DNA from: Candidatus Iainarchaeum sp.
GTDB taxonomy: Archaea > Iainarchaeota > Iainarchaeia > Iainarchaeales > JAFCCJ01
Assembly: GCA_043816965.1 (NCBI GenBank)
Contig: JBDRHK010000037.1
Span: 1-12,734 of the forward strand
Direction: 5' to 3'
DNA: 12,734 nt
Shown here: positions 7,255 to 12,734 of the stretch, piece by piece
How the letters are laid out: each line of letters begins with the position of its first letter
Numbering within the stretch: the stretch's first letter is position 1
Program-made: the position numbers and the translations under genes
Notes under the pieces: generated by a model
Database searches by the model: none
Told to the model about the DNA's origin: nothing
The model's input: the letters and a program-made list of their open reading frames with translations, nothing else

Positions 7255-9468
7255 TTAAGAACTGAATTCCAGAGTTCCTGAATTGTCAGTTGTAATAGTC
7301 AATGTATTGCTCGTGGATTGGGTAATGTTCTCAATTGACACATCATAATCTGCATCTGACATAAGGCCAGTTACAACATTCTGCAAATCAGATTCAGAAT
7401 CATACTCATACTGCAATTCTTCCCCGGTGCAGATATTAATTGTTGCATTAGGGGAGCTGCATGCAGAAGCATCAACTTCTATTAGTTCAAGCACTTTTTC
7501 CACAGCCAATGCATTCAGATACAACGTTCCTGAGGAAGAAATATCCAATTGCCCATCTGTTACAGTTACGCTGAAGGAGTTTATTGCTGGCTCTGAAATC
7601 GGGTACAGTTGTACCCCACTCAACACTACTTCCCCTTCTGCACTGATATCAACTAAATCAGAGTCATTTCCGTATATCGAACTATAAGCGTAGATTGTTA
7701 CTATGTAATCTCCGTTTTCAAGAAGGATTGAGAATATAGGGGGAGTGCCGAAATAAAATAGATATTGAAAATCACCAGTTAATGCCGAACCGCCGTAATC
7801 TCCGTGTTGTGGAGTTCCTGACCACCCATAACCATCAATAGCTAAAGATGGTTCAGGAGATCTATGCACCTGTGTCCAACCATCCTCAACAGGACTTGAA
7901 ATAGTTCCAAAATCCAGTTTCAGTATATAATTTGAGGAAACTTCACATTCTGGTTCAGCAGGACAATCAGAATCATCACAATCAATATCCAAATCACAGT
8001 CATCATCCAAGCCATTATCACAAATTTCAGTAGTTGGAACGCATACAGTACAGCTGCCGTCTGTTTCGCAGGTGTCTGATAAATTTGGGCAGGTACATTG
8101 CGCACAATCATCTACTAAATCACCATTATCGCAATACAGTGGCTGTGTCAAAGAACATTCATCATAATTGGTTCCGTCAGTGCAGGTTGGAACTATGCAA
8201 ATGGGATTTGTTGAGCAATCTTCAGTGTCGCTACAATTACTCAAGCCGTCACAGTCCTCATCCCCCATATCATCGCAAATTTCAGTTTCTGGAAACTGGG
8301 TTTGCACACATTCCCCCCAAACTCCCCCTGAGCAGGTTTGCTCCCCTGTTGCGCAGATTCCCTGTTCGCCGGTAGAACATGAACGGGTTGTATCTTCAGG
8401 GCAGGGAGGGGCTGCACCAAAAGTAATTTCATAACCGGTTTCGTTCACTGCTCCCTCTGCATCCACTATGTAAAGATAGGCTGCTGAATCCTCAGCAAAA
8501 GTTCCCTGGTTAGCCTGGAAAGTAATCTCTGTCTCAGACCATAGTTCCGGGATTTGGATTTCACATTTCTGCCTGTCTGAAAAAAATGGCTGGTCACATA
8601 ATTCTATGCGGGCCCAGGTGTTGTCCAAATATACATCATCAAAATAATTTATGACACCTGACGAAACACCCACAGCAACATTTGTACATGCTTGCCCTAT
8701 TATTAACTCGTGCCAGGAATCTTCACTAGCAGTAGTCATTACAGATTGTAAATTTAAAATTTTCATAATTGGACCACTTGGTCGAGAATGCCATTGCTCG
8801 ATGGAACCGTCTGAGACACTTGGTGAGGACTGCTCCGCTTGTAATTCAACTCTGAACCATTCACCATCGGCTGGGTGAACATTGTGATAATAAGCCTGGA
8901 CCTCACCGCCTTCCATCTGCCGCACGACGCCGCTGCTCATACCGCCCGTGGGGCCCCAATGGCCATTTTTCCAAATTATTGTGTTATTCGCGTTGCAGAC
9001 TCGCCATAGCTTTGTTTGATGGACGACGTCATCTCCCCACGAATACCGAACCCAGAACGAAACGAACAGTTTCTTCAAGGATTCATCAGTCTGCCAGTAC
9101 ATTTTCCTTAATCTACCGTAGGGGTCGTCTTCAATGCCGCTAAGATCATGCTTGGAAGATAAGGTGCTTCCAGCACGTCTATGTTCACTAGAATAGACAA
9201 CACTTCCTACATTATATGTCCAACTGTCTGTTTGACTTGTATCGTGATCTATTGGAATAACCTGGTCATTCATGCCATTCTCGAAATCCTCCCATAACAA
9301 CGGCATTTGGTCACCTCGGGAATTCACTGGTTTGCTCCCAAAATCTATTCCCCTGATTTTTACAGTATCTTGGTGGGAGAATGAGTCAGGGACAGAGGTA
9401 ATCTCTGGAATGGCAGAAACAAACCCTGCAAGAAGAATTAACAAAATCCCGAAAATTATCTTTTTCAT
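7255..9468 (-). CDS. Secreted multidomain putative glycan-binding/adhesin protein, paralog C (737 aa)
   Basis: Signal peptide MKKIIFGILLILLAGFVSA. One module (~8418-9410), an extended Cys-rich region (CSTGEQGICATGEQTC, EICDDMGDEDCD, EICDNGLDDDCD), a galactose-binding/malectin-like domain placed near the C-terminus (LKLDFG...GYGW...LENGDYIVTIY...VTVTDGQLDI), and a terminal YEYD...TDNSGTLEF domain. Confidence 0.92.
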   Translation of the reverse strand: MKKIIFGILLILLAGFVSAIPEITSVPDSFSHQDTVKIRGIDFGSKPVNSRGDQMPLLWEDFENGMNDQVIPIDHDTSQTDSWTYNVGSVVYSSEHRRAGSTLSSKHDLSGIEDDPYGRLRKMYWQTDESLKKLFVSFWVRYSWGDDVVHQTKLWRVCNANNTIIWKNGHWGPTGGMSSGVVRQMEGGEVQAYYHNVHPADGEWFRVELQAEQSSPSVSDGSIEQWHSRPSGPIMKILNLQSVMTTASEDSWHELIIGQACTNVAVGVSSGVINYFDDVYLDNTWARIELCDQPFFSDRQKCEIQIPELWSETEITFQANQGTFAEDSAAYLYIVDAEGAVNETGYEITFGAAPPCPEDTTRSCSTGEQGICATGEQTCSGGVWGECVQTQFPETEICDDMGDEDCDGLSNCSDTEDCSTNPICIVPTCTDGTNYDECSLTQPLYCDNGDLVDDCAQCTCPNLSDTCETDGSCTVCVPTTEICDNGLDDDCDLDIDCDDSDCPAEPECEVSSNYILKLDFGTISSPVEDGWTQVHRSPEPSLAIDGYGWSGTPQHGDYGGSALTGDFQYLFYFGTPPIFSILLENGDYIVTIYAYSSIYGNDSDLVDISAEGEVVLSGVQLYPISEPAINSFSVTVTDGQLDISSSGTLYLNALAVEKVLELIEVDASACSSPNATINICTGEELQYEYDSESDLQNVVTGLMSDADYDVSIENITQSTSNTLTITTDNSGTLEFSS

Positions 9469-9490
9469 CGCTAAATAATAGGTATTTCGG

Positions 9491-9500
9491 TTATTTATAA
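9491..9500 (-). promoter_or_regulatory. Archaeal-type TATA box for gene C
   Basis: TTATAAATAA on the minus strand, ending 23 nt before ATG 9468. Confidence 0.75.
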
Positions 9501-9507
9501 TTAATGC

Positions 9508-12500
9508 CTAGGAAAAACTCACAGGATAGCCATTGCTGACGGTTCCCTCGGAATCTATCACATACAGGTAAGCGGTCTGGCTGCTGTTGAATGTGCCTTG
9601 GTTTGCGGTGAATTGAATTACGCCATTGCTCCAGGAGGAGGGAATTTGGATTTCGCAGTTTCCCCCATTTGTGTTTTTTACAGACCAATCGGAAACATTG
9701 CAAAGCTCAATTCTTGCTTGGGTGTTGTCGATGTAAACATTGTCGAAGTACTCATCAGCAGTTCCAACACCACCATACATATAGCCTATTCCAAGCCTAT
9801 GCCACAATCCATCCACATCAGTAATATTCACAGTGGTTTCATCAACCGCAAGCTGGCCATTAATCCAGGTCTTTACAATTCCGCTTGATGCTGTGTAGGG
9901 CTCCTCAATCTCTGCATAAACATCCCATCTTTGCCATTGGTTGATTGTTTCAGACCATGTGCGGGTTACGCTTGGCGAGAAATCAAAGTGGAAAGTAGGC
10001 ATATTTTGAAAGCCGGTGGACCATACTTCCTTAACAGGCATAATTGCCCCTATCACCATCTGTGGAAGCGAAACTCCGGTGGAATCCATTCCAAAAACAT
10101 AAAACTGTTTGTGATTAACTGGCAAGTTTTCAGGAGTGGCAGGATCCATATATCTCCAATAGGATAGGAAAATTTCTCGCGTAGGTTCAAATTGCGGATC
10201 AAAGTGAGTTATAGAATTACCTTCTTGAAAGTGCACCATTACACTTTTAGTTCCTGCGTGTGCTCGTGTATTACTATATGAAGGATATGGATCTCCTTGG
10301 ACACAAACATCTGCCCATGCTGAACCAATTACCGGATCATTCCCATTCAGCCTAACTCCGCTTGTTCCCCCCTCAAAATCATCCCATGCCAAAGGTTCGG
10401 CAGAGCTTTTGACGCCGAAATCATTCCCTGAGATTGTGAAGGAGGCATTGTGGGTTAGGGTTGAAGGAGCTGAAATTATTTGCGGAGTTCCTGCAGGGAG
10501 TGATTCGATTATTGCTGCGTTGAATGTTAGTTCTCCGGATGAATTTGAGCTTTGAGCTAAAGTGGTTGATTGGCCATTGTCCAGATTTAGAATAATTATA
10601 TCATAGTCTTGCGAGGGGAGGATCTCCCTTACATTATTGGTGACTGTAACATCGGCATCATACTCGTAACTGAATGCTTCGACAACTTGCCCTTCAGTTC
10701 CACGCATTAAAATTCTCGGGGTTGCTTCCCCTGTAATTCCTCCACACATTGAATTATTATTTGAATTAATTAGGTAAGTTACTGATGATCCCAATAAATT
10801 CTCAATTGTTTCCTGGTCGCATCTTCCTGCCGGGCATGCAAGGTCTTCCCCATCGCAGTCCTGGTCAATGCCATCCCCGCAGATTTCTGTTGTCGGGGTG
10901 CAGGAAGGGCATTCAGGAGGTCCATCACAATCAGAATCATCACAATCAATTAAATTATCACAATCCTCATCAATTCCATTTCCGCAGATTTCTGTTGAAG
11001 GGACGCAGGGCGGGGCTTCTCCAAATGTAATTGAAAAACCATCCTGGTTAACTGTATCGGATTCGTCAACAACATATAAATAAGCAGTTGCACCATCAGC
11101 AAAATTGCCTTGCTTTGCGGTAAAGGTAATTGAAGAATTGTTCCATGCTGAGGGAATCTGGATTTCGCAGTTTCCCTTGTCCCACCAGTCTGCTCCGGAA
11201 CATATTTCAACCCTTGCAGGAGTATCATCCACATAAACATCATCATAGTAAACATTGTATTCATTTGGGCCATCATCACCGGCAGTAGTTGAGGAATTAG
11301 CCATATAAAAAGGCAGGTCAAAGACATCAATATATACATATTCCCCATCCACTTGCGTTGCGCCGCTTGCCATGGTCAGTATCTCGTCCCAATAAATTCT
11401 TTTCTCGCCATCAAACCAAAACTGCATTGTGCCGGTGGGGGTTTCAATTGGGTCCGAAACTTTTAGGTAATACTCCCATCTTTGCCAGCTTAACTCAGAC
11501 CATTCACCCATGTCTACCTGATTTGGCCTTTGGCTACCGCCAACATAATTTGCAAAGGTTCCCCCATAACTCGGATGGTTTAATGTAATGCTCATACTAG
11601 GCTCCCCGTCCTTATAACCAGGATATCCTGCAGTCATCCTGAACATCTTCATATTCCATGAAGGCGGCCCTGAAACCCTTTCAATATAGAAATTCATTGA
11701 TGAATAAATCCTGTACTTGTTGCCCAAATGGCGAAAGGCTGTTGAGTTGTAGGTTTCGCCAGCAGTATTCATTCTTCCGCTTAGCAAACTTTGCGCATTA
11801 CGGGGAATCGTATTGGAATATTGTGGATGGTTTCCGACAAAACTCCAGCCAATAAGTTCTTCACTATCAGTTCCTGATTCAAAGTCCTCCCAGATCAAAG
11901 GGGCTACAGGATTTTTCGTGCCGAAATTATTTCCAGAAATTGTGACTTCGGCATTGTGGGTGATTTCCGGGCCTATGGAAGAAATATTTGGATAATTTTG
12001 GATTTCATTAACCTCTATGCCACTAATGAAATAATGTTCCCCAATAAAATCCAGGTCAAGATAGCCATCCTCAACCATAATATCAAAGAACTGCCTATAG
12101 TCCTGAACATCGCTACTTGGGCCTATCGAGGAGCTGACAACAATTTTATCTTCGGCAGCAACATCTAAGCCGTACCAGCCATAAACGCTTGTCTTCCCAA
12201 AATACAGTTTAACTTTATAATAGCCATCTGGAATTTTTATTATGAAATTGTGCGGGTTTCTGCTTTCGTGGTGGTCGCGGTAAACGCTTTGAGGTTCCAG
12301 GTAAGTTATGGAACCATTGTATGCGGTTGTAATTCTTTCTAAAACATTCCCTGAATCAAATCCTTCCTCCCAGCCATAACCGATTTCCTCAGTAAATGCT
12401 GCTGGAGCAAAACTAACCCAGCCGTCTGCAGTGTCGATATTGGAAGGGCTGTCAAAGTCCAGATTTAGGGAGAATTGGGCAGAAACAAAGTTAACTAACA

Positions 12501-12537
12501 GAATAAGGAAAATTACCGTGAAAATAACCTTTTTCAT
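9508..12537 (-). CDS. Secreted multidomain putative glycan-binding/adhesin protein, paralog D (1009 aa)
   Basis: Signal peptide MKKVIFTVIFLILLVNFVSA. Same domain order as paralog A. The first ~100 mature residues are nearly identical to A, the module 1 core is very different, and module 2 is related with one near-identical patch. Confidence 0.92.
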   Translation of the reverse strand: MKKVIFTVIFLILLVNFVSAQFSLNLDFDSPSNIDTADGWVSFAPAAFTEEIGYGWEEGFDSGNVLERITTAYNGSITYLEPQSVYRDHHESRNPHNFIIKIPDGYYKVKLYFGKTSVYGWYGLDVAAEDKIVVSSSIGPSSDVQDYRQFFDIMVEDGYLDLDFIGEHYFISGIEVNEIQNYPNISSIGPEITHNAEVTISGNNFGTKNPVAPLIWEDFESGTDSEELIGWSFVGNHPQYSNTIPRNAQSLLSGRMNTAGETYNSTAFRHLGNKYRIYSSMNFYIERVSGPPSWNMKMFRMTAGYPGYKDGEPSMSITLNHPSYGGTFANYVGGSQRPNQVDMGEWSELSWQRWEYYLKVSDPIETPTGTMQFWFDGEKRIYWDEILTMASGATQVDGEYVYIDVFDLPFYMANSSTTAGDDGPNEYNVYYDDVYVDDTPARVEICSGADWWDKGNCEIQIPSAWNNSSITFTAKQGNFADGATAYLYVVDESDTVNQDGFSITFGEAPPCVPSTEICGNGIDEDCDNLIDCDDSDCDGPPECPSCTPTTEICGDGIDQDCDGEDLACPAGRCDQETIENLLGSSVTYLINSNNNSMCGGITGEATPRILMRGTEGQVVEAFSYEYDADVTVTNNVREILPSQDYDIIILNLDNGQSTTLAQSSNSSGELTFNAAIIESLPAGTPQIISAPSTLTHNASFTISGNDFGVKSSAEPLAWDDFEGGTSGVRLNGNDPVIGSAWADVCVQGDPYPSYSNTRAHAGTKSVMVHFQEGNSITHFDPQFEPTREIFLSYWRYMDPATPENLPVNHKQFYVFGMDSTGVSLPQMVIGAIMPVKEVWSTGFQNMPTFHFDFSPSVTRTWSETINQWQRWDVYAEIEEPYTASSGIVKTWINGQLAVDETTVNITDVDGLWHRLGIGYMYGGVGTADEYFDNVYIDNTQARIELCNVSDWSVKNTNGGNCEIQIPSSWSNGVIQFTANQGTFNSSQTAYLYVIDSEGTVSNGYPVSFS

Positions 12538-12559
12538 TGCTAAATAATAGAGTTTTGTG

Positions 12560-12569
12560 TTATTTATAA
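12560..12569 (-). promoter_or_regulatory. Archaeal-type TATA box for gene D
   Basis: TTATAAATAA on the minus strand, ending 23 nt before ATG 12537. Confidence 0.75.
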
Positions 12570-12591
12570 TTTATGTTTCAGATGAGGCGGT

Positions 12592-12734
12592 TTAGTTCCC
12601 ACTGTTTTTCAGCAGCCATTTCCAAACAGGAATGTATTCTAAGGTTTTGTTTTTCGTTTTTATGATTTCCTCATGTTCAAGCGTTAAAATAAGGCCCTTT
12701 TTTATTTTAAGTTCTTTTAGTGCTTCAAGCAATC
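12592..12734 (-). CDS. 3' end (last ~47 codons plus TAA) of the AAA+/DUF4143 ATPase, as seen in the right copy of the terminal repeat
   Basis: Translates LLEALKELKIKKGLILTLEHEEIIKTKNKTLEYIPVWKWLLKNSGN*, with the stop at 12592-12594. Confidence 0.88.
   Translation of the reverse strand, partial: LLEALKELKIKKGLILTLEHEEIIKTKNKTLEYIPVWKWLLKNSGN
12594..12734. repeat. Terminal direct repeat, right copy (identical to 1-141)
   Basis: Exact 141-bp match to the window start. Confidence 0.97.

Noticed and set aside
447..12168. The many short 60-136 aa ORFs in the track (plus strand and alternate minus frames)
   Set aside because: All overlap the five long minus-strand genes and show no recognisable motifs. 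Their recurrence simply mirrors the repeats in the real genes.
1339..12537. Calling the large proteins S-layer proteins or specific named lyases
   Set aside because: No recognisable S-layer domain or membrane anchor, and catalytic residues cannot be assigned by eye. Only a fold-level inference is supportable.

Overview
The window reads as a closed 12,593-bp unit: bases 1-141 are repeated exactly at 12594-12734. All five real genes are on the minus strand. One is a 422-aa AAA+ ATPase with a C-terminal DUF4143-type domain (1267->1). The ORF track misses it because its TAA stop only forms across the circular junction (12592-12594). The other four are tandem paralogous, secreted, acidic multidomain proteins of 1009, 737, 877 and ~1039 aa, called D, C, B and A in transcription order. 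They are assembled from four reshuffled parts: a galactose-binding/malectin-like domain; seven copies of a ~320-340-aa module with constant ends and a hypervariable, probably jelly-roll core; Cys/Asp-rich 'EICxxGxDxDCD' metal-binding repeats; and a conserved 'YEYD...SNSSGELxF' domain. Each of the four has a TTATAAATA(A/T) box ending exactly 23 nt before its ATG. This points to an archaeal host with leaderless transcripts; a DPANN-like host is an inference only. No Rep, integrase, transposase, capsid or reverse transcriptase is recognisable. The best candidate for a new system is a recombinationally diversified glycan-binding/adhesin cassette array with an ATPase-nuclease gene, present as a circle or a tandem amplicon. 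All family assignments are from motif recognition by eye, not database searches.
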